Source: the human T2T-CHM13v2.0 reference genome, Homo sapiens
DNA length: 64,000 nucleotides
Direction: 5' to 3' (one strand)
Assembly (NCBI RefSeq): GCF_009914755.1
Contig: NC_060928.1
Position 1 is the first letter of the stretch. Each line of letters starts with the position of its first letter. Both the position numbers and the translations under genes were made by a program. This document shows positions 44,431-60,140 of the stretch, piece after piece. The notes beneath the pieces were generated by a model. The model made no database searches and had not been told where the DNA came from. It saw only the letters and a list, made by a program, of their open reading frames with translations.

Positions 44431-44940
44431 AGTTTTTTTTCAAAATGTTAAAAACTCTCTTACTGTCAATTATAAATATATAGGGAAATGAAAAAAAGAG
44501 TAAAACTAATATTTATATAGTAGATGGTAATTTAAAACATTAGAAACATTGAGAATTGAAGTATTTTATTTCCTTGTAAAAAATGCATCATGAGTGGTGT
44601 GAATAATGCTTGCTTCTCATCTTACAACTTATGATATAGAGCAAGCATTTTTTCTACATCTTGGCAAATTGTCATGCTCCTTTCTAAGTTTGGATCAGCT
44701 TCCAACATTTTCTCCTTTGCATTTTCAATGTTGTAAAATATATCCAAGAATATCTTTGATGTGAAGTTTTTTGCCAGTATTATTTTCTCTAGGGCATCTT
44801 CATTCATCTTTTTAATCACAACCACTTTCCTCATTTTTGTCAATAATTTTACCTTCATTAAGTTTCTCTGGCTTCATGGCTGGAAACTCTCACACTTCGG
44901 TGTTTCTTCTATTGACATTCAATTAGAAATCACTTCTAGA

Positions 44941-45247
44941 GCTGGGTACAGTGGCCCATGCCTGTAATCCCAGCACTTTTGGGAAGCTGAGGCTGGAGGA
45001 TCAATTGAGGCCAGGAGTTCAAGGCCAGCCTTGGCAACATAGTGAGACACCCCTCCCCAACACCCCCCCCCCCCGCCCGCCACACACACACAAAGTGAAA
45101 GCCTATAGTCCTAGCTACTCAAGAGACTGAGGTGGAAGAATTGGTAGTTTGAGGCCACAGTGAGGTATGATTGCACCACTGTACTCCAGCCTTGGTTATG
45201 GAATGAGACCCTGTCTCTAAAAAACTAAAAATTTTTTTACAGAAAAA
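44941..45247 (+). mobile_element. AluJ with a C-rich replacement of the linker
   Basis: Left arm, then poly-C/CA tract at 45049-45092, then right arm; TSD aaatcactt. Confidence 0.88.
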
Positions 45248-45589
45248 AATCACTTTTAACATTCTCCCTTTTTGTTTTCTTGCTTCACTTTTATTTTTAT
45301 TGGCCAATTCCTTCTTTTGATTTTCTATTTATGTAAAATGTCACATGGATTTATCACCAGGAGACAAGGAAGCAACACAACTACAGGCTTTGCAGTCTGC
45401 ATATGAACTTAACAACAGATGCACAGGACAGACATTGAAAGAAGTGACGTGATTAGTCATGGTTATGTTGCACATCTATTATTTGTGTAGGGATTTGTGG
45501 ACTGAAGAGCTAGCAGCAATGTCTGTGATTGGTTGTATTTATCCAATTGCTCACAATTAATATGTCATGATAACTGGAATATAAACTGT

Positions 45590-45707
45590 GATCCCAATTG
45601 TTCCTTAAGGTTTTATCAACATCTCAGAAGGAACCTGTTAAATATTTCCAAAATATCAGAGAAGAGATTACAATTAAAATCTACTGTAGTATTTCCCAGC
45701 GTTTCTT
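45590..45707 (+). repeat. ~120-bp direct copy of 46489-46606
   Basis: Shared ccaattgttcc.taaggtt, aaggaacctgtta, aatatttccaaaatatca.agaagagattacaat. Confidence 0.92.
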
Positions 45708-46019
45708 TAGATTTGCCTTTAGATTTGAGGTCAAGTGCAATAGAAGTCTAGTGCTAATTAACTAAATTGTGCCAAATAAAAATTTGTACATATCAGAACC
45801 AGACGAAAGGAGGACTGATGGTAGTATAAATGTTTCACCTCTACCCGGTCTCCTCTGCTAAGTTCCTCCTTAAAATGTATCCATTTCCTGTCCCATGGAT
45901 ATTTTACCTCTCTTAAAGTTGTGGAATGCAAATAAGGGGAAATCAATATTTAAATTCTGTGTATACGACCCACAGCTGGGTAATGGATTATTTTCCATCT
46001 TTGATATGGAAAGATCAGA

Positions 46020-46260
46020 TAGCATTTGCTGAATGCCTACTAGGTGCCAACAACTGTTAGGTGCTTTAAATAAAAATGTCAACAATCAACAGAACATACA
46101 TATGAGATAGGCAATATTGTACTCATTTCATACTACAGATGAGAAACAGCCTTAAAAAGGTGAAGTAATTTGACCAAGGTATAGGCAAAACAGTGGAGCC
46201 AATATTTGAACACGAGTCTGTCTAAAGGTAAGCCCCTGGCTTTCACCCTTCACTCTTTTA
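46020..46260 (-). mobile_element. MIR
   Basis: catttgctgaatgcctactaggtgcca...acagatgagaaac...aagtaatttgaccaagg. Confidence 0.75.
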
Positions 46261-46769
46261 CCTCCCGTATGTCCTAAAGCATTGCCCCTTTATTTCCTAC
46301 ATGAGCTGAGCACCTGGAATTTCATACCTCAGTGCTACTTTAGCCCCTGGTATTATCACCAACACAGCATCTACAAGATAGTTCTATGGACTTGTCACAG
46401 AGTTCTGCAAAACAAATCTCTTTTGGTCAATAAGTTTTAAACATAAAGTTTTAAATTAGAAAAAATAAATGTTTTGAGCCTCCACAGGGATTCCAATTGT
46501 TCCCTAAGGTTGTATTGACTGCTCAAAGGAACCTGTTACAATATTTCCAAAATATCACAGAAGAGATTACAATAAAAAGCTACAGTAGTACTTACCAGCT
46601 TTTCTTGTTGACAGTGGCCGTATATGAAAAGCAGGTTCCCCTGATCTGCCTGGGCAGTTTCATCCCTGCAGAGCTGGGATGAATGACAAATTCAAAACCT
46701 CTCTTTACACGTGGATTTGAACAAGAAATCTCCAGGAAGCAGGTTTGAAGAGATGGGATCCAGACACCT

Positions 46770-47262
<493 letters not shown>

Positions 47263-49024
47263 ACCTAGGCAATCTAATCAGAAAAGATTTCCACAGATGT
47301 ACTAATGATATTAACTATTGGTACTTGGGGTACGTTTTAATTAAGTTATAGCTAGGAATGATAATGGCTAATGTGAATCACTATGAAAGATATTTTTTAA
47401 ACAAAGACTATAGACTGAAAAATAAAAAGATATGCAAATTATGCAAAAGCAAACACAAAACAATGTTATAGTGTGTGTGTATGTGTGCGTGTGCACATGT
47501 GCACCTGACTGTAACTGCACACTATAAGCACTCTGAGATTGGGCTGGTTGTCAATGAAGACTTCAGCATTACATGTAAGAGAATATATTGATGTGTTACT
47601 TTGTAATTATAAATAAAGTAGATTTTATAATTCATTGTTTTGGGTTTGTTTCTAAAAGAGATTATTCCTTTTGGGCCATAGCCTCCAGGTGGAGAAAGGA
47701 GACTGCACTAAGAATGGGCCGAGTCATCAGACAGCTGAAGATAATATAGGAAAATGGAAATAAACAAGGAGTAACTTAATTTTATCCCAGACTTTGGCAT
47801 ACGCCCAAAACAAGAAGTCATTCTCTCTCCTAAAAGAAGGGGCACTATTTGTACCTTTAGAGACTGTCTTGTTCTGAATAATTTTTCCCATCTGTTTTGT
47901 GGGAGAGATACAAGCTGATTTTTCCCCCAACCATCATGGAGATTTTATTTTAATTCAGGCAAAATTGAAGTGACTAAACAAAGTGCAGGAAAACTTCTTG
48001 AGGTTGCAAGAGTGAGCAAAAATATGGCAAAGGGACCTTAATATATATACAGGTAAGATCATAAATTATAAGGAAGTTTTCTAAAATGATTGCACAGAAT
48101 GATGGGTTCTGGGATATTCGTTATTGCCAAGAAAGAGTACCTTGAAGACATTGTAGACTACAGAACTGGAAGTGGCCCAAAGATGCATAAGAAAAATAAT
48201 AATAATAACAAAAGTCACTTATTGAGTGGTTATAATATTCCAGCTTACCATTTTAAGCACCTTGCTTTAATTATTTTATTTTATCCTTATAAGGCAATAT
48301 ACTATGATCAGCCTGATTTTACAAATGAATATGAGATTAAATAATTTATCCAAGGTCACATGTCTCATAAGAGACAGTGCGGTGCCCTATCAAGGCACTT
48401 AACCTCTGGGCTAACCACTGCTCTTAGCAGTAAGGGTGATGTTTCCCCAAGTAGGCACTAGAAACAACAGGCATGATACCAGCAACAATGGCAAAAAGAT
48501 TCCATGGTCAGATTTACAGGGTAAAACTCTTACTAAGGACATGTCTGTAATATGCTAATGTAAATTAAGAAAATAAAGGAGATGGCGATCACATGATTTG
48601 ACTTTAGAGTTTTATTTTTACAGATGAAAGTGTGAAGTATGCTGTGGAAAATGCTGTTTCAGGTTGGTTTCCTTATGGAGACGATAAAATGAATTTTCTG
48701 GGAGGGGTAATGATTGAGAGGATCTGGTGGTGATGGACCTGCATGACCCTAAAGAGACTCAGCTGGAGGGAGGTCTGAGGCTGAATTTGGGGAGCATGAG
48801 TGGCTGACAAAGAAAGACAGCACAGAAATAGGGAACAGAGAGGAGGCCAAACTGGAAAAATCAAAGCAGAACTGTGACCAACACAAGGAAGTGGCTCAGC
48901 AGTCAGCAGATGGAATGTAAGTAGATACAAGGAGGGAATTAAGCACTAAGGCAGAACTGAGTTTCTTGAACAATGACAAAAGTTGGGGCAGGGGCATCAG
49001 GAACAGGTTCAAAGTTTACACATA

Positions 49025-50396
49025 AAAATTGGGCTCAGAGTCAGGACTAATAAGAGGCAAGCTTGGCATCTCGGAGTTCCAGAAAGAAAGGAAGTACTAA
49101 AAGCAAAAAACAAAAAAACCCTACATTGACAGTGATATGTCAAAAGGCCACAGGAACCAACTGAAAGAGCTCCCAATGGCCAAAGCTGGAACAATTTGAG
49201 CAACAAAACAAAGTAGTACTGAATTATAACCCAAAGTATAAAATAAATATCCATATATCCACACTGATATTAATAAGTGATTAGATAAATTAATAAATGG
49301 GGAGGACAGACAAATCTCCCATGCAGAAGAATTCTGAAGAATTTATGTAGATACTCCATGCTCAAGGTAGGAGAACATAAATCCTCACTCCTTTAGTGTA
49401 AGTTGCACATAGTAAATTCCCTGCAAAGAGTACAGTAGGGAAAGGGTCAGGGGAGAGTCAATTTACAATCAAGAAACCTGACAAACATTACTTCAGCAGG
49501 GTGATTGATATGGTTTTGCTGTTTCCTTACCCAAATGTCATCTTGAATTCCTATGTGTTGTGGGAGGGACCTACCTGGTGGGAAGTAATTAAATCATGGG
49601 AGCAGGTCTTTCCCATGCCATCCTCGTGATAGTGAATAAGTTTCATGAGATCTGATGGTTTTAAAAAGGGGAGTTTCCCTGCACACGCTCTCTTCTCTTG
49701 TCTGCCAACCTGTGAGACGTGCCTTTCACCTACCGCCATGATTGTGAGGCCTCCCCAGCCACATGGAACTGTGAGTTCATTAAAGCTCTTTCTTTTGTAA
49801 ATTGCCCAGTCTCGGGTATGTCTTTATTAGCAGCATGAAAACGGACTAATACGGTTATCAAAGCCAATATCAACAGTGATGAATTACGTTGAGAACACAG
49901 ACCCTCAATACACAGTAACAGGAATGGTACTTTATCACTGTGATTTTCCTTCCAAAAACCCATAACCTCAGTCTAATCATGAGAAAACCATCAGATAAAT
50001 TCCAGTAGGGGGGTATCCTACAAAATGCTTGATCAGTACTCCTCAAAGCTGTCAAAGTCACCAAAAAGTCTGAGAAACAGTCACAGCCAACCAGGAGCCT
50101 AAGGAGACACGGCAAATAAGTGCCACATGGAACCCTGGATGAGATCCAGAGGGAGAAAAAGGACATTAAGTAGAAACTAAGGAAATGTGAGCAAACTATG
50201 GACTTTGGTTCGCAATAATGTATCAATACTGGTTTATTTGTCATAACAAACCCACCATAAGGAAGGTGATATTAGCAATGGGGTAAACTGGGTGACAGAG
50301 TGTACTGTACACGGGAACTCTATACTATCTTCTCAATTTTCCTGTGAATCTATCACTGTTCTAAAAAGTAAAGTTTATTAAAAAAAAAAAAAAAAA
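49025..50396 (+). mobile_element. L1MC-type 3' end with poly(A), interrupted by THE1
   Basis: ggaaccaactgaaagagctcccaatggccaaagctggaac...gggaactctatactatcttc...A tail. Confidence 0.88.
49506..49853 (+). mobile_element. THE1 (THE1C-like) solo LTR
   Basis: tgatatggttt...catgattgtgaggcctccccagcc...ggactaatac; 5-bp TSD gtgat/gttat. Confidence 0.94.
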
Positions 50397-50441
50397 GTTT
50401 GAGCTCTCACTTTCCCCTCCCCACATCTTATGTTTAGGGCC

Positions 50442-50825
50442 TGTTATGGGTTGAATTATTTACCCCCAAAATGCATATGTCCAAGTCCTAACACCTAGGA
50501 CCTCAGTATGACTTTATTTGGAGGTGAGGTCTTTACAGAGGTAATCAAGTGAAAGTGGGGTCATTAGAGTGAGCCCTAATCCATTATGACTAGTGTCCTT
50601 ATAAAAAAGAGCTATGCACAGAGGGAAGACACAGAGAGAAGATGGGCATCTACAAGGCCAAAGGGAGAGGCCTAGAACAAATCTTTCCTTCACAACCTGC
50701 AGAAGGACTCTGACAACATTTTGATCTGGTCTTCCAGACACCAGAACTGGGAGATGATAAATTTCTGTTGTTTAAGCCACCTGGTTCGTGGCATTTTGTT
50801 ACGGCAGTCTTTGCACGCTAATAAA
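50442..50825 (+). mobile_element. MLT1B-type solo LTR
   Basis: tgttatgggttgaatt...ataaatttctgttgtttaagccac. Confidence 0.88.
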
Positions 50826-51180
50826 GGGGCCAAAGAGGAGGGGTTCAACTCATTTGCACCAGAGCAGAAGGATATAGGAGCTGGTGCTTTGAGTTGGAAG
50901 GGGCAAAGACCTAAACCATGTAAGCTGATTTCTCAGTGTTATGAAGCAGGGTGGAGGCTTGGAGTTTCTTTGAAATCCTTGCCCCACTTACACAGGGCTT
51001 CCCAGACATTGGGGTGTTATCATGGTTACATTCTGCAAGCTGCAGCCTCAAACCCTGGAAGAATGTCTGTGACAAAGCTTGCAGATAGTAAATCAGGCCA
51101 CCAGGAAAGGAGATCCCCTGGATTTCGGTGTCCCAAAGGCACCAAGAAGGATAATGACCACAAGTGATGGAGAAGGGGCC

Positions 51181-51496
<316 letters not shown>

Positions 51497-51578
51497 TTAA
51501 GCACCACATAAGTCCCAAGGAGCGTGTTATTATAACCTTATGAAAGAGAATGGTTTCCCTAAAATGTAATTGTGATAA

Positions 51579-51776
<198 letters not shown>

Positions 51777-53453
51777 TGACATTTTTGATCCAATGGTTGG
51801 GGTTCAAATTCAAGCTTGTTAAACAAATTAAGAAAATCAAAATCACCTATAACACGTCGTCTTATACCCATAACTTTCCAGAACACAGGTTGGCTCCTAC
51901 AGATAATTTTACAATAGGCAGAATGCTAGCAACATTTTATGAGCTGTGGTATGCTTTCTCTAGGCTGTCTGTGATAGGTTGCCTTCATGGAGAGTCCAAA
52001 ATCAAGACTGGGACAAGGGGGCTGTTGCTTAAGGCTTGAGCCAGATGTTGGATCTCCCCAGCAAGAGCATAGGTCATTTCTGGGACCTTCCCTTTCATCC
52101 TCACCAGAGTTCAACATCCACTCTGACAGGGAAAATGCAGAGGACCTACCATGAGCACATGAAATTCTGAAGCGTAACCCATCAGGCTTCTCCTCAGCCT
52201 GGCCCTCAAGACAACTAGGTCATCACTGATTCCAGATTCTCCTTATTCCAGACTCCACCCCCTGCAGTGTTCTACGTCTTCTGAAAGGGCCGGTGCAGGG
52301 CGCCCATGACTTGTCATTTTTCCTAGGTCAGCACATCCTTGTTCTCACCACTGGAAGTCAAGGCTGAAAAATCTGATTTGGTTCACCTGGCTTACTGGCA
52401 CTATTTACTGGTGTGCACAGCAGATTTGATTTATGATAAGTCTGTTGAAAATGTCACTTTGGGGCTTTGAGGGGTGGTGGGGGTCAGGGGGTGGATGCTG
52501 CATTTTGTTTTGGAAAAGAGGGCAGGACTTTTGCCTATGCTTTTCAAATAGGAGGAAAAATTAAGTTCACGGTTTGATTCCTAAAGAATCAAAAAGTGGA
52601 GCTAGATAAAAATCATACCAATAGGCAATTGGGAGATCCCAAGCCTTTTTCTTTTCCAGGAGAAACTTGAGTTTGAGTTTTCAAAATGAACGAAATATTT
52701 CCAAGGAAGTAAAAGTGGGCCTCCTTTGCCGGCCATCCCTCTTCCCCCATACCCTCTTCCTCTTTTCTCCTCCCTTCCTTCCCCTTTTCTTTTTTCATCT
52801 GCCCTTCAGTCACCATCTGTACTACTGTAGGAAATGGGAAAAAGACCTACGCTAAATCAGCATCCTACTCTACCTCTTACAAAGTCAGGAAAATATCTTT
52901 TTAAAAAAATGTTTGAAATTAATGCGCACCTATCCAGATCTCTGTTTGAACAAGGGCTGTCATTTCTGATAAAGGCACGGTTTTCCGAGATCGTGGAGAG
53001 CCCAAGTGTGGAGCTTTAAGAACCCTGACAACCACCAGTCTTGTTTCGGGTCATGAGTGCACCATTGGTTACCCTGATGTTGAGTCAGCATTCTCCAGAC
53101 CACATAAAGGTCAGGTCTATCTTCACAAAGTGAAAGTGCTGAATTATATCGAAACCATAGAAAAAAAAATAAGCCAACCCTGCCTCGAGTCTCTAAGTCT
53201 CTGCTCCGACAGTTTTGTTTTTATCTGGAATTACAGTAAACTCATTTCGGCATGGTTGCGGCATGTGGTATTCTGAGTAACTGACTCTTCTACCTAATTG
53301 CAAGTTGCCACATACTCTCTACAGCCCTTCTTCCTTTCCCTGCGCCAGCTCCTCTGTCAGTTTCACCCGCTTGGCTGGGTCCAGACTTGTCTCCTTTTCT
53401 AGGTGGGGCAATAGATCAGTGGCCTGGGATACACCATGGTAGGTGGGACTTCA

Positions 53454-53757
<304 letters not shown>

Positions 53758-53859
53758 GAAGAGTTTAGGCACAAAGTCAACCAGAGTTGGACTGTGTGCA
53801 TCCTGGGAGTCCTGGAGCCCCTTGGGGAACTCCTGCCCACCCTGTGTTGGGGGCAAAGA

Positions 53860-54050
53860 GTCAGGAAGGTTTGTGCTCAGATTCTGCCTCTGCTATGGCC
53901 TCTGATTACTCTGTGACCGCTGGCAAATTGTGACCTTACCTGTAAAGTGGGGACACTAATACCCCCTCACAGGACTGTTGAAAGAACTGGAGATGATGCA
54001 TGTAAAATCATTTGGCACAGAGTAGGTGATCAGTGAATGTTGGTTCTTTT
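53860..54050 (+). mobile_element. MIR
   Basis: cctgtaaagtggggacactaatacc...tggcacagagtagg. Confidence 0.7.
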
Positions 54051-55519
54051 CTTGTGTCCTCATCCCCCACATCACAGCCTGCTCAATAATCCGGAGCCAT
54101 GTCCCAATCTCTCTTCCTCCTTCTAGGATGGTCTCTCCCCGCCTTGGTGCCTATCTCCTCTGAAGGAGGGTGAGCTTCTCCTCCCACTGGGCTGTACAGC
54201 TCACCTGGCTGCACTGGCTGCTGAGCTTGGGGCCACAGATTAGTATCCTGGCTGGTTCCCAATGGCTGAATTACACTCACTAATGCCAATTGGTGCCGAT
54301 GCTGGTCTTAACTTTGCCTGAGTATGCACTGTCCTTTGACCACTATGCCTCAGGCCACCGGGCCTCCTTCCCCAGCCTGGCCTCTGCAGCCCGAGCAGAG
54401 CCTCAGGTCACTCCCCATGCTCAGAGGAGCCCCGCATCTCATCTCCCTCGCTCCCTGCCCACCCACCTCCCTGCTGCAGTTCCTGCCTTTGTGCCAAGAC
54501 CTGCTCCCGTTATGTCACGTGCCCTCCATGGATGGCTAATTTGCAAAGAATCAAAACTCAGAAAACGCATTTATAACTTAACCATATTGAGTCTAACTGT
54601 CTCTTTGATCATTTCAAAGGCAACTCAGGACCTTAAAAAGCCTCAGAATTGGCTTCCTAAGCACCAAGCCTTCTGGAAAATGGAAAATACAGGAGTAGGT
54701 TTAGGAGAATAATCTGAATGGTACTGGTCCCAAGACACCCCTGAAAATTAGGTGACTTTAAGCAAATTGCTTAATGTCTCTAAGCCTCAGTTTTCTTATC
54801 TGAAAGGAAGACAATTATACTTGACTCATGAGGTCTAAGGATCATGTAAATAAAAGGACTTGGTTAATTTTAAAATTCCTGATCTCAGCTTGATGTTTCT
54901 ATTTTCATAAAAGCAGGGATTTGGGCTTCTTTAGCTGTTTAGACCTTGAGGGGGGAAAAAGGGTTACCTAATTATAATTTCACTATAATATTCCGTTCAC
55001 GGTCCGGCTCTCTGAACAGACTATTAGCTCCTTGAGGCCAGGTATTGTGCTGGCTACTCTATAACCAGTTAGCACCAGCTGAATGTCCAGCTCAAAGCAG
55101 GCACTCAATGAACATTCACTGGATACGTGACTTCACCATGTACGTCACTGTCCTGGCCAAGCCTGGTGATCATGTCTCTATCATATTCTATCTGCAGGAA
55201 GAATCCTGTCAGCCTGGCAGAAGGTACATCAAGTGAGGAGAATTACTCCCCTCCCCTACTTCCTACTGCCAATCCCACCAAGACATGGTGAGGACATCCC
55301 AGCAAATGCACAGGAGGTCAATAAAATACAAGGAGCTCCCTGATGCCTTCTGGTGCTACTGCCCACAGGGCACTGTGAACTGGGCCAGCTGGGCTTAGGC
55401 CATGCAGAATGGCCAGCTGAGGGCAGAGACAGCCTTTCTCCCACCAGTCAGGCAGCTTCTACCACTTGACCTTCCCTATTCCTCCAGGAGGCTTTCTAAA
55501 AGACAACTGGTGAAAACGA

Positions 55520-55925
55520 GGCCTTCATTCACTCCTTCCTTGCTTCATTCATTCTACAAACATGAATTGGACACCTATTATGTCCCAGTGACTGTGTTAG
55601 ATGTTGAAGAGGCAGAGTCCAGGCCCGCAAAGAACCCTGGGACTCCTGAGGGAAACAAACAAGGAAATAGACAATGACAATACAGTGTAATGAGAGCCAG
55701 GGCAGAAGCAAGCACGTGATGTGGGAGCACACAGGTGTCTCCATGCTTGATCTTGCAGAACGTGGGGTGGAGGGTGCCGCTCCAGAGAGCTCTGGGTAGG
55801 GTGGAATTTAACCTCTTGAAGGATGAGAGGGATTAGGTAGGGAAATCAAGGAAGTGTGGAAAGTGAAGGGAGAGTGTTCAGTAGGACACACAGACAAAGA
55901 TAACAGCATGTACAAGAAAGAATGG
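55520..55925 (-). mobile_element. L2 3' end
   Basis: ttcattcattctacaaacatgaattggacacctattatgtcccagtgactgtgttag. Confidence 0.7.
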
Positions 55926-55933
55926 GTTCAGGA

Positions 55934-56400
<467 letters not shown>

Positions 56401-56713
56401 TTATCTACCCTGTTTTATGGATGAGAAAGCTGAGAGCTGAAGAGCGGAATCACACAGCAAGTAATCAGCATAGATAGATCATCATAGTTGGAGGAGCTGG
56501 TCCTCTTGACCATACGAATGAGAAATAAATCAGCTTCTCAAATGGTATAGAGGCTCCGGGCCCAGTTGTGTTGGAATTTACCTTCCCACCCTCCCCTGTG
56601 CAATGAGCTGCCTTCTTCACAATCCATCAAAGAAGGTAAAAACAGCCATTGCTTCCTGCTAGAGATGGTAGTGGTGGCTCAGAGAAACCCTTAAAAAATT
56701 ATTAGATGACCCC

Positions 56714-57087
56714 TGCTGTGATCTGAATGTTTGTGTCTCTCCAAAATTCACATGTTGAAATCCTAACCCCACCCACCGCACCCCCCACCCCACAGTGATG
56801 GTATTAGAAGGTGAGGTCTTTGGGGGGTGATTAAGTCATGAGGGTGGAACTGTCATGAATAGAGCTAATGCCCTTAGAAAAGAGGCCTGAGGAAGTTCCA
56901 TATCCCCTTCTACCACATGAGGACACAGTGAGAAGGCACCATCTGTGAGGAGATGGGCCCTCACCAATCACCAAATCTGCTAGTGCCTTGGTCTTGGAAT
57001 TCCCAGCCTCCAGAACTGTGAGAAGCAAATTTCTACCATTTTAAAGTCTATAGCACTTTGTTACAGCAGCTTGAACTAACTAAGACA
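56714..57087 (+). mobile_element. MLT1A-type solo LTR
   Basis: tgctgtgatctgaatgtttgtgtc...cccagcctccagaactgtgag...actaagaca. Confidence 0.88.
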
Positions 57088-57700
57088 CTCCTTGGCTGCC
57101 TTCACAATGCTTACCAGGAAGTTCTCTGCAAGCCTTAAAAGTTCAAAGCCCAGAAATGGCCTCTCTTGAATGACATCCTTGGGTTTATGAATGAAATAGC
57201 CATATCTTGCATCTTTCTCCTTTGAGATTCATTCTTTTCTAATATTGCATTTACTACCCAAACAGATATTTCTGCTGATATTCATTCAATCCTACAGAGA
57301 TAGACATCTAGGTAACATTATTTGCAAAATTTTTCCTGCTTCTTTTTCTTTCTTAAGAAGTTGTACCTTTCTTTCCAGTTATAATGAATAAGACAAAGCA
57401 AGTCATTCTGGACTTCTTTTTTCTCTTTTTTAAATTCATAATGGTTGTAGTTGAATAAAATATAATTTTTAATGGATATACATCTCACAGAACAGACAAT
57501 ACATATCTTTCAGGTAAAGCTTCTCTTTTCTCATATGAACAAATAGTATGTGAAAAATAGCAAAATAGATCATAAAGGCATCTGCATAATACATTGCAAC
57601 TTTTGCTAAATTATTCTATCTTGTTCAAAATGAGACCTTCAGAAGCTTTAATTTCCTTGGCTCAATATATTGTAAGGATTAATACATATCCATTGATTTA

Positions 57701-58218
<518 letters not shown>

Positions 58219-59835
58219 AATCCACCAAATTATAGGCCGGCCCTGGAAATACAAGGATGAGCCAGTCAGATGTGGTCTGTGCCCTCCCCTGCAGCTTGGA
58301 GAAGAAAGGTCACCATGAGGTTTAATGAGGACTCAGATAAGGGAAGTGCTGGGTCATCTAGGAGCTACCTCATCGTAGCGGCCAGCAAAGACCTTCCTGA
58401 GGAAATGACATGCACGCTGAGGCCTGAAGCTTGACGAGGCTTCAGCAGGCCAAGAGTAGGAGGGAAATTATTTTCGGGCAAAGGAAGAGCATGTAAAAGA
58501 GATTGGAGAAAAGGCTGAAGAGTGTGGCATGTCTGAGGAACCACAAGGAGTGTGGCATGGCTGCAGCACAGAGAACATTATGGGGCCTGGCTGAGGGCAA
58601 GATGAAGAGGTGGATGAGACCCAGCCCTGAAGGGAGGTTACATGGTATCCTGAAGGCAGTGGGAAGCTCTTAATGAGTTTCTTGGGCCTCTCTCAGCTGC
58701 ACAATGGGCCAAAGAAGGGAAGAAATCGATGGTGGTGTCAGTGGAAGAAAACCAAGCTCCCCTGCCTGGTTCCTGATGAAAAAAGAAAAACAGCAAAAAC
58801 AAAAACAGGAAGTTAGCCTGCAGAATTGCGTTGGCAGGAAGTCCTGGTTTGACAAGTCATTCAGCCTGTGCTCTGGGCCATGGACCTACCACCTTGAAGC
58901 TGGTGCTACTCCACACCTGATCAGCAGATCAGAAGAGCAGGACAGGCAGAACCTTCCTCTTCTACTGCGAGAGCTCAGTCAGTGGGAAATGTGCTCCGGG
59001 CTTCCTGGTTTGTCGCTTAGCAACACCACGTACTTGGTGCATAGGTGACCAGCACTCTCCATGAAGCCTTCCTGAGTGACTCTGCGCCCACTGTGCCTGC
59101 TGGCAGTCATGTGTTTACCGGTTTGCCTCACCTACCAGACTATGTGTTGCTTGCGAGCAGGAGATAGGTCTTACTCACTTTTGGATTCTAGTTTCTCACA
59201 AAGTAAACCATAAATGTATTGGTAAACTGAATTAACTTATACTAAATCTAGTTATATCTGAGGTATAGTATACATTCAGTCATTTTGGGAAGACAACTTG
59301 TATTAAAGATATAAAATTTTTATAAGAGAAAAGTCCTTTGAGTTCTGTGCCTCTGGCTTTAAGATATGCTTTTGACATCCAATATTTTTCTAATTTGGGA
59401 CTTTTCAGAAATGATCAAGGCAATGTCCATTTGATATAGTATCCCTAGCAGACAAGGATTATGAGTTTTTAGCATTGAGTTTCCACAGGGCATGGTGTAT
59501 AGTAAGTGGTTCATTATTTAATGAATGTATAGATCACATACATCCATGTACACCAATTCACACATACACTTTGCATTACTAAAGGGTTTTACAGGTACAT
59601 ATTCAGTAGTTTTTTTAAATGTATAAGAAAAGTATAAATAGGAAAGTGTACCATAGTATATATGATACATATCTAAGATGTGAAGATTATGTTATTATGC
59701 ATCAAAAATCATAAAGGTGGATGATTATTTTGATTATTCAGCAGAAGCATTTCTCCATGCAACGTTTAATAGAAAAATATATAAGGAAGGCAAAGGCTTA
59801 AAATACTATCTATCTTCAAACTTTTAAAAGAAATA

Positions 59836-60140
59836 GGCCTGGTCCAGTGGCTCACACCTGTAATCTCAGCACTTTGAGAGGCTAAGGCAGGAGGCTCACT
59901 TGAGGCCAGGAGTTTGAGTCCAGCCTGGGCAACATAGAGAGGCCCTTCTCTACAAAAAATTTTAAAAAGCAGCTGGGCATGGTGGTGCATGCCTGCAGTC
60001 CCAGCTACTTGGGAGGCTGAGGCAGGAGGATCACTTGAGCCCAGGAGTTAGAGGCTGCAGTGAGTATGATTGTGCCACTACACTCCAGCTGTAGCCTGGT
60101 TGACAGAGAGAGACCTGTCTCTAAAAAAAGAAGGAAAGAA
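59836..60140 (+). mobile_element. AluJ
   Basis: cttgaggccaggag, gggcaacatag and ttgagcccaggagttagaggctgc. Confidence 0.94.

Larger units (their letters stand above)
44009..45821 (-). mobile_element. Tigger-family (Tigger13a-like) DNA transposon with a transposase C-terminal remnant, interrupted by two Alus and a foreign insert
   Basis: TIR-like ends ggcagtccttgatttgc / aaaggaggactg with flanking TA; minus ORF 44622-44858 KNFT...ENAKEKMLEADPNLERSMTI resembles a pogo/Tigger transposase tail. Confidence 0.75.
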
